A stretch of DNA of 51,958 bases from Rickettsiales bacterium (GTDB lineage Bacteria; Pseudomonadota; Alphaproteobacteria; Methylaequorales; Methylaequoraceae), in contig NZFP01000038.1 of assembly GCA_002689325.1 (NCBI GenBank), positions 1 to 51,958 of the forward strand, given 5' to 3'. A program made the position numbers and the translations under genes. This document shows, in pieces, positions 28,871 through 38,683 of this stretch. How positions within the stretch are numbered: position 1 is the first letter of the stretch; each line of letters starts with the position of its first letter. Below the pieces are notes generated by a model. That model saw nothing but the letters and a program-made list of their open reading frames with translations. It was not told the DNA's origin and searched no databases.

Positions 28871-30202
28871 ATGGATGAATTAAATAAATTTTCGAAAAGA
28901 TTTAAAAGGTATGCTGATTTAGGTACTTCAGCAGGATCTCTTGCTATAAATTTCCTTGGATCTAAAATTTTTAATTCAAAAGATGGAAAAAATGCAGAAG
29001 ATTTATCAAGAATTTTAGGGAATCTTAAAGGACCTATAATGAAGATTGCTCAACTATTATCAACAGTTCCAGATCTTCTCCCAGAAGAATATACTAAGGA
29101 ACTTACAAAACTTCAATCAAGTGCCCCTCCTATGGGATGGAATTTTGTTAAAAGAAGAATGAAAAATGAATTAGGTGATGAATGGTTAAATTTCTTTGAC
29201 TCATTTGAAAAGGAACCTTTTGCTGCAGCATCACTTGGCCAAGTTCACAAAGCGTTATTTAACGGAAATGAGGTTGTTTGTAAATTACAGTATCCTGATA
29301 TGTTGTCTATAGTTGAGGCTGATATCGGGCAGTTAAAATTATTATTTTCAATTTATAAAAAAATAGATCCAACTATTGACACATCAGAGATACAGAAAGA
29401 AATTTCATCAAGAGTCCGAGAGGAACTTGATTATTTTTTAGAACAAAAACATATGGAACTTTTTAACTTCATTTTTAAAAAAAATAAAAAGATTCATATC
29501 CCATATGTTTTAAATGAGATTTCTACTAAAAGACTTCTGACTATGAACTATCTTGAAGGAAAAAAGTTACTTGAGTTCAAAAAAGAATCAAAAAATAATA
29601 AAAAAGAGCTAGCCAAAAATATGTTTGTTGCTTGGTATTATCCTTTTTATAAATATGGTGTTATTCATGGTGATCCACACCTAGGAAATTATTCTGCAAA
29701 TAAGAATTATGAGATAAATTTACTTGATTTTGGTTGTATAAGAATTTTTAAGCCATCTTTTGTTGAAGGAGTCATAAATTTATATCATGCAATTATGCAT
29801 AATGATCAGGATTTAGCAGTAAATGCCTATGAAAGCTGGGGCTTCGAAAATATAAATAAAAAATTAATCGAAATACTAAATATTTGGGCAAAATTTTTGT
29901 ATTCTCCACTTCTAGAAAATAAGGTTAGAAAAATGCAAGAAACTAATTCGACAGCTTATGGAGCAGAAGCAGCAAATAAAGTACATCGTGAATTAAAAAA
30001 AATTGGCGGAGTTAAGCCTCCGAGAGAATTTGTTTTTATGGATAGAGCGGCTATCGGCCTTGGTTCAGTTTTTTTACATCTTGATGCAGAGTTAAATTGG
30101 TACAAAATATTTAATGAACTCATTGATGGTTTCACAGTCAAACAAATTAAACAATGTCAAAAAATAGCTTTAAAAACATCTAAATTGGAAGAAAACTACT
30201 AA
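28871..30202 (+). CDS. AarF/ABC1/UbiB (COQ8-like) atypical kinase
   Basis: KG..MKIAQ, PFAAASLGQVH, K.QYP, EELDY, DPH.GN and LLDFG. Confidence 0.92.
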   Translation: MDELNKFSKRFKRYADLGTSAGSLAINFLGSKIFNSKDGKNAEDLSRILGNLKGPIMKIAQLLSTVPDLLPEEYTKELTKLQSSAPPMGWNFVKRRMKNELGDEWLNFFDSFEKEPFAAASLGQVHKALFNGNEVVCKLQYPDMLSIVEADIGQLKLLFSIYKKIDPTIDTSEIQKEISSRVREELDYFLEQKHMELFNFIFKKNKKIHIPYVLNEISTKRLLTMNYLEGKKLLEFKKESKNNKKELAKNMFVAWYYPFYKYGVIHGDPHLGNYSANKNYEINLLDFGCIRIFKPSFVEGVINLYHAIMHNDQDLAVNAYESWGFENINKKLIEILNIWAKFLYSPLLENKVRKMQETNSTAYGAEAANKVHRELKKIGGVKPPREFVFMDRAAIGLGSVFLHLDAELNWYKIFNELIDGFTVKQIKQCQKIALKTSKLEENY

Positions 30203-30767
30203 CCTTTTGTTGGAAATTTTCAGCTGTAGACAAAAGTTTATCTAATTCAGCCATAGTTTTTGATAAATCTTCAGTATCATCTGACAACCAAGTTTTAAAT
30301 GTAATAGAATAGATAAAAAATAAAAAATTTTTTTTCAAAAAATCAAAAGCATAATTATTATATGAATTTGATAACTCAAGAAAAAAATCCATAGTATTCA
30401 TTACATTTTTAGTAATAATTGAGATCAACAATGGTTTATTTTTAGAAACATCTAATATTTTTACGAGTGAACCTTTAAAACCTTCCATTTCATCAAACCT
30501 CATCATTATTAGTTCAAAAAGAATGTCTTTTTTTGAGGAATCCTTAAAATCATCGATTCTTAATTTTGATTCAATATTTTTGTCAATCATTCTTGAAAAT
30601 TTATCAACAATAGAATTTTTACATTTAAAGAAAACTTTTAGGTCGTTAATTGGAATCTTTTCTTTAGTTGAAAGTTTTTCTAAAGAAAATTCCTCCCACC
30701 CAATGTCATTAATTAGATCAAACCCTTTCTTTATATATTTATTTTCTGTTTCTGTTGAATTATTCAT
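30180..30767 (-). CDS. TetR-fold protein, COQ9-like C-terminus
   Basis: N-terminal GW...S helix-turn-helix-like segment; LFELIMMRFD; WLSDDTEDLSKTMAELD. Confidence 0.65.
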   Translation of the reverse strand: MNNSTETENKYIKKGFDLINDIGWEEFSLEKLSTKEKIPINDLKVFFKCKNSIVDKFSRMIDKNIESKLRIDDFKDSSKKDILFELIMMRFDEMEGFKGSLVKILDVSKNKPLLISIITKNVMNTMDFFLELSNSYNNYAFDFLKKNFLFFIYSITFKTWLSDDTEDLSKTMAELDKLLSTAENFQQKVSSFLPI

Positions 30768-30841
30768 TGATTTTCAGGTTGTTTTTAAAATATATATATA
30801 TATTCTTTAAGTTGTAAATAAATAAATGGAGTATTAAAAAT

Positions 30842-31234
30842 ATGATAAATAGATCTTTTATAATCACATTGCTTGGATTTTTCTTAATTTCCTTAAGTGC
30901 AAATGCTGGTGATGCTGAAAAAGGGAAAAAAGTTTTTAAGAAATGTGCAGCTTGTCACAACGTTGCTAGCGGTGCAAAGCACAAGACTGGTCCAAATCTT
31001 TGGAATATTGTTGGGGCTAAAGCCGGGATCCAAGACGGTTATAAATATTCTGATTGGTTAAAGGGCGCTGGCATTGAGTGGAACGATGAGAACTTAGCAG
31101 CTTGGGTTGGTAAAAAAAAAGAAAAAACAGCAAAATTTGGTAAGGATGTAAAGAAAAGCAAGATGATATTTGCTGGTCTTAGAAAAAAAGAACAAGTTGC
31201 AGATCTTATTGCTTATTTAAAGACACTCAAGTAA
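30842..31234 (+). CDS. Periplasmic class I cytochrome c (c2-like)
   Basis: Signal peptide, GDAEKG, CAACH, GPNL and KM.F axial Met; GGAG ribosome-binding site. Confidence 0.95.
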   Translation: MINRSFIITLLGFFLISLSANAGDAEKGKKVFKKCAACHNVASGAKHKTGPNLWNIVGAKAGIQDGYKYSDWLKGAGIEWNDENLAAWVGKKKEKTAKFGKDVKKSKMIFAGLRKKEQVADLIAYLKTLK

Positions 31235-31244
31235 CTTTTTATTA

Positions 31245-31757
31245 ATGAAAATTGAAGAAATTGAAAGTTTCATAGGAAAGGTTCCTGATTTTCCCAAACC
31301 TGGTATCCTTTTCTATGACATTTCAACTCTTATTTATAACAATGAAGCTTTTGCCTCCTCATTAGAAAAGTTTGAAGAATTATTTGATGAATATAAGTTT
31401 GATACCATAGCAGCAATAGATGCTAGGGGCTTCATATTTGGATCAGCTTTAGCTCACAAACTTAAACTTGGAATGATTATGATTAGAAAAAAAAATAAAT
31501 TACCAGGAAATAAAATTTCGTTTGAATATGATTTAGAATATGGAAAAGATACTCTTGAGATAAATATAAATGTTAAAAATAAAAAATTCTTACTTATAGA
31601 TGATCTTTTAGCAACAGGTGGAACAGCAGATGCCGCGGTAAAATTAATTGAAAAAGCTGGTGGAAAAGTTTCTTGCTTTGGATCATTGATAGAACTATCT
31701 TTTTTAAATGGGCGCGAAAAACTTTCTGTCCCTGTTCAAACGCTTATTAAGTATTAA
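31245..31757 (+). CDS. apt: Adenine phosphoribosyltransferase
   Basis: PDFPKPGI.F.DI, ARGFIFG, LEYG.D and IDDLLATGGT. Confidence 0.96.
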   Translation: MKIEEIESFIGKVPDFPKPGILFYDISTLIYNNEAFASSLEKFEELFDEYKFDTIAAIDARGFIFGSALAHKLKLGMIMIRKKNKLPGNKISFEYDLEYGKDTLEININVKNKKFLLIDDLLATGGTADAAVKLIEKAGGKVSCFGSLIELSFLNGREKLSVPVQTLIKY

Positions 31758-31759
31758 TT

Positions 31760-32470
31760 ATGACAAGAGCACACAAACTTTTTCTAAAGTGGTTACTACA
31801 ATTTAATTTAATTTTTTTTTTCATCTTTTTTGCATTTGACCAAGGCTTAATTTTAAAGATCCTTTCGTCCGACAAAAGCTACATTACAAGCTTAATCTCA
31901 TTAATTTTCATTCTTGTTAGTGGACACTGTGCATTCTTTACGTTTAAGGTTTCAAAAGAACTTAATAAAGCTCATGTTATAAAAAAAAGCCTGCTAAATG
32001 AAAATGTTAAATTAAAAATTATTGATCAAAGCCTTATTCTTACATCGAAAGGCGAGATCGCTGGTGGTATTGTGTGCGATTATTTCAAAGATTTAATTGG
32101 ATTAAAAAAAAGCGGAGCATCCTCTCATGTCCAAATTCTTGATACCTATGTTAAAAAAGCCAATGGGTTTTTTGAGTTTGGGTGGTTTTGTTCAGACATA
32201 ATGCTTAAATTAGGCTTAATAGGTACCGTAATTGGTTTTATAATTATGCTAAGTTCTCTAGCTGATATTACCACTTTTGATGTAACTCTTCTTCAGGGAG
32301 TTCTCACGACAATGGGAAGTGGTATGGGTGTGGCACTTTATACAACTTTATCCGCACTTGTTACAGGGGTTTTAATTGCAATTCAATATTATAATTTAGA
32401 ATCTGGTTGTGAAGAACTTTTTTCTGTACTCAATCAAATTTCAGAAGTAAGTATCGACAAGAGTATGTGA
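31760..32470 (+). CDS. MotA/TolQ/ExbB proton-channel family protein
   Basis: Four hydrophobic segments; LGLIGTVIGF and GMGVALYTTL signature helices. Confidence 0.88.
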   Translation: MTRAHKLFLKWLLQFNLIFFFIFFAFDQGLILKILSSDKSYITSLISLIFILVSGHCAFFTFKVSKELNKAHVIKKSLLNENVKLKIIDQSLILTSKGEIAGGIVCDYFKDLIGLKKSGASSHVQILDTYVKKANGFFEFGWFCSDIMLKLGLIGTVIGFIIMLSSLADITTFDVTLLQGVLTTMGSGMGVALYTTLSALVTGVLIAIQYYNLESGCEELFSVLNQISEVSIDKSM

Positions 32471-32471
32471 T

Positions 32472-33068
32472 ATGTCTTATTCTGGAAGAAGATTAAGGGC
32501 TGACCCTTTCACAGACTTATTATTCAATGTATTGTTATCTTTTACATTATTAATGTTTCTTGCTATAATTTTTATGAATCCAATTCCCAAAACTGGTGTT
32601 ATTAATCCAAAGGCAGAATATATAATAACAGTAAGTTGGGCTGATAATAATCCTGATGATATTGATACTTATGTTCAAAACCCAACAGGAGGGCTGGTTT
32701 GGTTTAGAGGTAAAGAATCAGAATTTGTTCATTTAGATCGAGATGACAGAGGTTTGCTTAATGACACTATTATGGTAAATGGCGAAAAAATACAAAATCC
32801 CCTTAATCAAGAAGTAGTAACATTACGTGCTGTCGTTCCCGGCGAATATATTGTGAATGTTCATTACTATGCAACAAAAACAAATCAACCTATCGATGTA
32901 AATGTTAAAGTTGAAAAGGTCAACCCTCAGCTTGAAGTGATTTATTATGGAACAATTAATTTAGAAAAAAAAGGTGTAGAAAAAACTGCAACAAGATTTA
33001 ATATAACACAAGACGGAATAGTTAATGTGACAGGTAACTTATTCAAAAAACTAGTACCGGAGAACTAA
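32472..33068 (+). CDS. Single-pass ExbD/MotB-like partner with acidic YfaP/DUF2135-like periplasmic domain
   Basis: PFTDLLF helix with an intramembrane Asp; W....DDIDTYVQNP.G, LDRDDRG and PGEYIVNVHYY. Confidence 0.65.
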   Translation: MSYSGRRLRADPFTDLLFNVLLSFTLLMFLAIIFMNPIPKTGVINPKAEYIITVSWADNNPDDIDTYVQNPTGGLVWFRGKESEFVHLDRDDRGLLNDTIMVNGEKIQNPLNQEVVTLRAVVPGEYIVNVHYYATKTNQPIDVNVKVEKVNPQLEVIYYGTINLEKKGVEKTATRFNITQDGIVNVTGNLFKKLVPEN

Positions 33069-33073
33069 GTCAA

Positions 33074-33595
33074 ATGAGCACAGAAGTATTTTTTATTATT
33101 ATATGTTATGTTTTTATTGGTTTTTTACTTATATTATTTAACCTAAGAACAACTTATCACTGGATTATAAAATCCTCACTAATAATTATAACTTTAGTTT
33201 TTTATATATTTACCTACAAATCTTTCACCAATTTAGTTGGTTGGCCCACCAGTGCTTCACTTCCAGAAAGGTTTAGGCTTATATCAGCTCAGATATATGA
33301 ACCAAATACATTACTTAATATTGAGGGAGCAATTTACCTTTGGGTAACTAATATGGATGATCTCGCTGGGCTAGGAGTACCAAGATCATTTAAAATAAAT
33401 TACAACAAAGAATTACATGAAAAAATTTCGAAATCATTAGTTAATCTCAAAAATGGCGTACCCCAAATGGGCGAGAATTTGGATGATGAAAAAAAAGGAA
33501 TAATTTCAAGTCTTTTAAAAAAAGAAAAAATTACTACTGTTAGTACAACATTAAACTTTTTTGATATGCCTAACCAACTATTACCTGAAAAATAA
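33074..33595 (+). CDS. Uncharacterised membrane protein
   Basis: Two N-terminal membrane segments, then a soluble domain with GWP, IYLW and PRSF...Y...LH. Confidence 0.75.
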   Translation: MSTEVFFIIICYVFIGFLLILFNLRTTYHWIIKSSLIIITLVFYIFTYKSFTNLVGWPTSASLPERFRLISAQIYEPNTLLNIEGAIYLWVTNMDDLAGLGVPRSFKINYNKELHEKISKSLVNLKNGVPQMGENLDDEKKGIISSLLKKEKITTVSTTLNFFDMPNQLLPEK

Positions 33596-34287
33596 TGCGT
33601 TTATTAGTATTAATTTTTTGCATAATTTCTTGTTCTGAAAATTCATCTCAATACTTCCCCTTAGATAAAATTAAAAAATGGTCCTACAGCGTAGAGATTA
33701 TCCCTGAGGTTGAGAATAAAGCTTTATATAAAAAGACACATCTTTCAATGGGCGAAAAAAAAGTATCACTAAATGATAAAAAGAAAAACCTGTTTCCTAT
33801 TTTAAGGGAAAATGGAACAACACTTTTTTATGAATTCCTTGATGATGGTATTTACAGAGTTGGAAAAAAGTTTCTTAAAGAAAAGAAAATAACAGCCGAA
33901 ACCAAAAGAATGGTTTTACCAGTCCCACTTACACTTGATAAAACCTGGAATGTAGACAGCGAAACTTATTTGATTTTAAGAAAATATCCATATTATGATT
34001 ATAGAGCCACAACCAATTTTAAGCTCAACTATAAAGTTGCTTCAATGAAAGAAACGGTCAATACACCCTCTGGGACTTTTAAGGATTGTATTCTAATTAT
34101 TGGTAACGGAAAAACAAACTTCATTGGAAACAATGAAATAGGATCTATTGGTATAAAGATTTATTCTAAAGAATGGTATTCAAGAACAATTGGGTTAATA
34201 AAGATGGAAAGAATAGAAGAAACTGATACAGATTTATTTGGAACAACAAAAATGGTTCAACTCCTAGAAAGTTACCAAAAATTTTAA
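33595..34287 (+). CDS. Uncharacterised lipoprotein, paralog of 5163..5870
   Basis: Lipobox-like IISC; TPSGTFKDC and EWYSRTIGLIK; TAATG coupling to the upstream gene. Confidence 0.75.
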   Translation: MRLLVLIFCIISCSENSSQYFPLDKIKKWSYSVEIIPEVENKALYKKTHLSMGEKKVSLNDKKKNLFPILRENGTTLFYEFLDDGIYRVGKKFLKEKKITAETKRMVLPVPLTLDKTWNVDSETYLILRKYPYYDYRATTNFKLNYKVASMKETVNTPSGTFKDCILIIGNGKTNFIGNNEIGSIGIKIYSKEWYSRTIGLIKMERIEETDTDLFGTTKMVQLLESYQKF

Positions 34288-35298
34288 ATGAATTATTTAA
34301 ATATATTAATATCTTCTGTAGTGGTTTTTTTTTTGCTACACCTTGGTAAATTCATTTTTATACCTTTTTTTTTTTCATTATTTTTTTACGTTATTATCAA
34401 TTCAATTTCAAATGATTTAGTTAATGTTTCAAATAAAATAAACATAAAAATTAATGAGTTTACATCCCATTTTATACTATTCTCAATTTTTATTTTTTTT
34501 GTTTATTTTTTTTTTAAAATTTTAAAAACAAATATCAACAATGTGATTCAAAATATTGATGTTTACCAAAACAATTTAAATCAACTTTCATTTTATTTTT
34601 CAAAAACTCCGGTAAACAATTTCTTCAATGAATCAATGATTTTAGAAAACTTAAATTTAATGAATATTTTTAACTATTTATTAAACATGGTAACAAACTT
34701 TGCAGGAAATTTTTCAATGATAATTTTTTTGCTAATATTTTTAGTAATTGAAAAAAAATATTTAAAGCTAAAAATTGCTAAAATAATAACAAACAAGAGT
34801 AAACTCAAAGTTTTCTCAAATATTAATAGTGACATATATAATTATTTTAGAATAAAAGCTTTGACTAGTTTTTTAACAGGAATTTTGACCTTTGTTATTT
34901 TATTTTTTTTTAATAGTGACTTAGCTATTGCTTTTGGGATTCTTTCTTTTTTTCTCAATTTTATCCCTTACATAGGGTCTTTAATTTCTATATTGTTACC
35001 AGTTACTTTCTCTGTAGTAGACAATTATAATTTCATGTACTCAATTATAATCTTCGCTTTACTTTTTCTAAACCATTTATTGATTGGAAATTTTCTGGAA
35101 AATAAATTAATGAGTAAAGCGCTTAATATAAGCCCAATAGTTCTTTTAATTTTCTTATCAATCATGGGAAAACTTTGGGGAATCTCTGGAATGTTTTTGA
35201 GTGTACCAATTATAGTTGTTTTAATTATCATACTTAATAATTTCAAACATACCAAGAATATTGCTATACTATTATCTGAAAAAGGAAATCTGAAATAA
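34288..35298 (+). CDS. AI-2E family transporter
   Basis: Polytopic protein; FFLNFIPYIGS, GNFLE.K and LWGISGMFLSVP. Confidence 0.9.
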   Translation: MNYLNILISSVVVFFLLHLGKFIFIPFFFSLFFYVIINSISNDLVNVSNKINIKINEFTSHFILFSIFIFFVYFFFKILKTNINNVIQNIDVYQNNLNQLSFYFSKTPVNNFFNESMILENLNLMNIFNYLLNMVTNFAGNFSMIIFLLIFLVIEKKYLKLKIAKIITNKSKLKVFSNINSDIYNYFRIKALTSFLTGILTFVILFFFNSDLAIAFGILSFFLNFIPYIGSLISILLPVTFSVVDNYNFMYSIIIFALLFLNHLLIGNFLENKLMSKALNISPIVLLIFLSIMGKLWGISGMFLSVPIIVVLIIILNNFKHTKNIAILLSEKGNLK

Positions 35299-35303
35299 AA
35301 ACT

Positions 35304-36401
35304 TTAAAAATTCGTTTTTAATCCTCTATCCATTGATAAAATTAAACCAAAACCTATAAAGTAAGTAATCATAGAAGAACCACCGTATGAAACTAAAGGA
35401 AGGGGGAGTCCAACAACTGGAAGAAGCCCAATAACCATTGACATATTAATCATTGCTGCAAAAAAGAAATTAGAAATCAAACCATACGCAAGAACTCTAT
35501 TAAAAAAATCACGATTAAATTTATTTGCTATGTTATAGGTAGTTGAAGTAATAATAACAATCAGCCCAACTACTGAAAGTGTTCCTAGAAAACCAAATTC
35601 TTCTCCCAACATTGAAAAAATAAAATCTGTATGTTTCTCTGGTAAAAAATCAAGATGAGATTGAGTTCCTTTCATCCAACCTTTACCAAAGACGCCACCT
35701 GAGCCAATTGCAATTTGAGATTGTATAATATGATAACCAGAGCCAAGGGGATCATTTTCAGGGTTAAAAAGTGTTAAAATTCTTTGTTTTTGATAATTCT
35801 TTAACAAAGACCACAAATATGGTGCAATCATTAACATTAAAAAGCCTATAGAAGCAAAGAATTTCCAACTTAAGCCAGCTATAAAAAAAATTAAAAAACA
35901 AATGAAAAGTATAATAGCTGCAGTACCCAAATCAGGTTGTCTTAAAATTAGTCCAACAGGTAAAAGCACAATAAGTATTGGTAAAACTAAAAAAAAATAG
36001 TCACGAGTGTCTTTAATTTTCTTTTCATCAAAAAACTTAGCTAATGACAAAATAATAAAAATTTTCATAAATTCTGAGGGTTGAAAATAAAAACCTGATA
36101 TTTCAATCCACCTTCTTGAACCCTTTCCTATATGACCATAAAAAGATGCCCAAATAAGTAAAATTAAAAAAATTAAATAAAAGTAGAATGCATTCTTTTT
36201 CCAAAACTCCATATCTATGAGAGAAACTATAATCATAATTATTAAACCAAAAAAAACTTTGCTTATATGATTAAAAAAAATATCCATTTCCATTGCTGAT
36301 GTAGCACTATAAATCATTACAATTCCAACAAATGATAAAAAGCTCACCAAAAAGAAATAAAGCCAATTTAAATTCTTTAATTTAATAAAAATTTCATTCA
36401 T
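35304..36401 (-). CDS. rodA: Rod shape-determining SEDS protein RodA
   Basis: G.RRWI, QPSEFMK, QPDLGT, PEKHTDFIF and LPLVSYGGSS; follows mrdA. Confidence 0.96.
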   Translation of the reverse strand: MNEIFIKLKNLNWLYFFLVSFLSFVGIVMIYSATSAMEMDIFFNHISKVFFGLIIMIIVSLIDMEFWKKNAFYFYLIFLILLIWASFYGHIGKGSRRWIEISGFYFQPSEFMKIFIILSLAKFFDEKKIKDTRDYFFLVLPILIVLLPVGLILRQPDLGTAAIILFICFLIFFIAGLSWKFFASIGFLMLMIAPYLWSLLKNYQKQRILTLFNPENDPLGSGYHIIQSQIAIGSGGVFGKGWMKGTQSHLDFLPEKHTDFIFSMLGEEFGFLGTLSVVGLIVIITSTTYNIANKFNRDFFNRVLAYGLISNFFFAAMINMSMVIGLLPVVGLPLPLVSYGGSSMITYFIGFGLILSMDRGLKTNF

Positions 36402-38182
36402 GAGACTTTAAAGAAATTTTTTAGAGAGAGTTTAATTATTTTTTTTGCAATTGGTGCAGCCACCTTTGAACCACTACCCATGTGCTCCGCAATTACTGTT
36501 ATTGCATATTTTGGTTTATTAAAAGGAGCAAAACCAGTAAATATTGAATGATCTCTGAGTTTATAAATAATTTCTTCGTTTTTTAAAACACCTAACTCTC
36601 TCTCCTCTTTTGAAATTTTTCTCACTTGAGATGTACCTGTTTTACCAACCAATTTATATTTTCCAGCTATTCTAGAGGAATATGCTGTACCTTCATATTC
36701 ATTCACAACCGAATACATAGCATTCCTAATAAAGGTTAAATTTTTTTTTGAAATCTCTATATTTTCAAAAATATCTTCGGGACTATATGAAATTTTTGGC
36801 TTAATTTTTTTTCCACTTGCTAAAATTGCTGTCATGTTCGTTATTTGTAATGGTGTGGACAACATAAATCCTTGACCAATTACTGTGTTGAGTGTCTCTC
36901 CTTTTTGCCATCTTTCACCTTTATTGTTTACCTTCCACTTTCTATTGGGCATTATACCAATTAGCTCGTTTGGAAAATCTATCTTTGTTGAGACACCTAG
37001 AGAGAATTTTTTAGAAAATTTAGACAATGGATCGATTTTTATTTGTTTGGCAAGGTTATAAAAATAGCAATCACAAGATTTTTTAATTGCTCCTTTTAAA
37101 TTGACAAAGCCATGTCCTTCTTCTTTCCAACAATGAAATTTTCTATTACCAAATTCAATGAAACCCTCACAAAAATATTCTGTCTTAGGATCAAAGCCTA
37201 ATTTTTCTAATACATATAAAGCAGTAATTAGTTTAAATGTTGAACCAGGAGAGTATAAGCCTGCAATACATCTGTTTAGTAGCGGTTTTGATTCGTTACT
37301 GATAAGCGATTTCCATTTTTCTGCAGTTACTCCGTTACTGAACTCATTACTATCAAATGAAGGTGTTGAAAGAAGACAGTTAACTCCTCCGTTTTCACAA
37401 TCAATCATAACAACAGCACCATTTATCTCTTTCATCAAAGAATAAGCATATTCTTGAATTGGAGCGATAAGATTAGTTTTAAGGTTTTCTCCAGGAATAG
37501 CTATTTTTTTGTTTAATTCTTTTTTGATTTTTCCCTTTGAATTAGTTTCAAGTTTAATCCAACCATCTTTTCCTAATAATTTTTTATCAAATAGTTTCTC
37601 GATTCCTGAAATACCAAACTTTAAATTATTCAGCTTTTTATTTTTTAAATCTTTTCTATAGCCAACATATCCAATAACGTGAGAAAAAATAAAGTTGTTT
37701 TTATAAGATCTTGTTCTTTCTTTATTAATAATTAAAAAAGGAAAATTATTTGAAATTAGTTCAAAAGCCTCAAGTTGATTCCATCCTAGGTTCTTTTTCA
37801 TAATTATGAAATCAGATAAATCTTTATTATTTATATTCTCCTTTAAATCTACTAAATCTTTTTCAGAAAATTCAACTACATTACGCAAACTAGAAATATA
37901 TTTATTTATAAGGTTTTCTTTTTCTCTAAAAATATTAAGCTGAAAATCTGGTCTGTTTAAAGCAATGGGGTTATTATAAAGGTCATAAATTATGCCTCTT
38001 TGGGGGTAAAGAATTTTTACTTTTATTCTATTTAAATCAGATAATTTTCCATACTTTAATTTATCAAGAATTTGAAGATGATATAATTTCCCAAAAACAA
38101 TTAAAGTAAATAATGTTTTTAATCCTCCCAAAACAAAAGATCTTTTACGAAGTAACTGAGAATTATCTTTTCTATCAATCAT
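36398..38182 (-). CDS. mrdA: Penicillin-binding protein 2
   Basis: PGSTFK (SxxK), SCD.YFY and GKTGTSQ; located in the mre operon. Confidence 0.96.
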   Translation of the reverse strand: MIDRKDNSQLLRKRSFVLGGLKTLFTLIVFGKLYHLQILDKLKYGKLSDLNRIKVKILYPQRGIIYDLYNNPIALNRPDFQLNIFREKENLINKYISSLRNVVEFSEKDLVDLKENINNKDLSDFIIMKKNLGWNQLEAFELISNNFPFLIINKERTRSYKNNFIFSHVIGYVGYRKDLKNKKLNNLKFGISGIEKLFDKKLLGKDGWIKLETNSKGKIKKELNKKIAIPGENLKTNLIAPIQEYAYSLMKEINGAVVMIDCENGGVNCLLSTPSFDSNEFSNGVTAEKWKSLISNESKPLLNRCIAGLYSPGSTFKLITALYVLEKLGFDPKTEYFCEGFIEFGNRKFHCWKEEGHGFVNLKGAIKKSCDCYFYNLAKQIKIDPLSKFSKKFSLGVSTKIDFPNELIGIMPNRKWKVNNKGERWQKGETLNTVIGQGFMLSTPLQITNMTAILASGKKIKPKISYSPEDIFENIEISKKNLTFIRNAMYSVVNEYEGTAYSSRIAGKYKLVGKTGTSQVRKISKEERELGVLKNEEIIYKLRDHSIFTGFAPFNKPKYAITVIAEHMGSGSKVAAPIAKKIIKLSLKNFFKVS

Positions 38183-38672
38183 TTAGTCTTCCAAACATCA
38201 CACTCAATTTTTGTATTAAAGAATAAAAAAGCGGAAACAAAATTATAGATAAAAGAACGCTTATAGAATTTTTAGAGATTGAATAAGAGAAATCTTTTAA
38301 TAAATAATTAATTAAAAAAAGACTCAAAAAATAAAAAAGTAATATAATAGCAAACTTAATCCAAATATTATTTAAATAATTTGTGGCTATAAAACCAATA
38401 TTATTGTTATTCAAATGATACATTGTTAAAAAAAAGAAAGGAGTCACTCCAACAATTCCATCCTTGAGGAAATCGTAGAACAACCCGAAAAAAAGAAGCC
38501 ATAAAGGTCTAAATCTTTCACTATCATGCTGAATCCAACAATAAATAACTGTAAATGTCATTAAAGGTTTTACTAATTCATTGTCATAATAATAAATAGG
38601 GGCTGTTTCTAAATATATAAAAAATATTATAAAAAAAAATGGAAACAGCTTAGTAAAAATTTTATTGATCAT
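38175..38672 (-). CDS. mreD: Rod shape-determining protein MreD
   Basis: Hydrophobic 165-aa protein with GL..D...G..G, between mreC and mrdA. Confidence 0.82.
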   Translation of the reverse strand: MINKIFTKLFPFFFIIFFIYLETAPIYYYDNELVKPLMTFTVIYCWIQHDSERFRPLWLLFFGLFYDFLKDGIVGVTPFFFLTMYHLNNNNIGFIATNYLNNIWIKFAIILLFYFLSLFLINYLLKDFSYSISKNSISVLLSIILFPLFYSLIQKLSVMFGRLND

Positions 38673-38683
38673 TATATCTTTGA

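Noticed and set aside
31760-33068. Calling the motor pair Zorya, MotAB, TolQR or ExbBD
   Set aside because: It lacks the long ZorA tail, an OmpA-like domain, ZorC/D/E, TolA/TolB/Pal and TonB.
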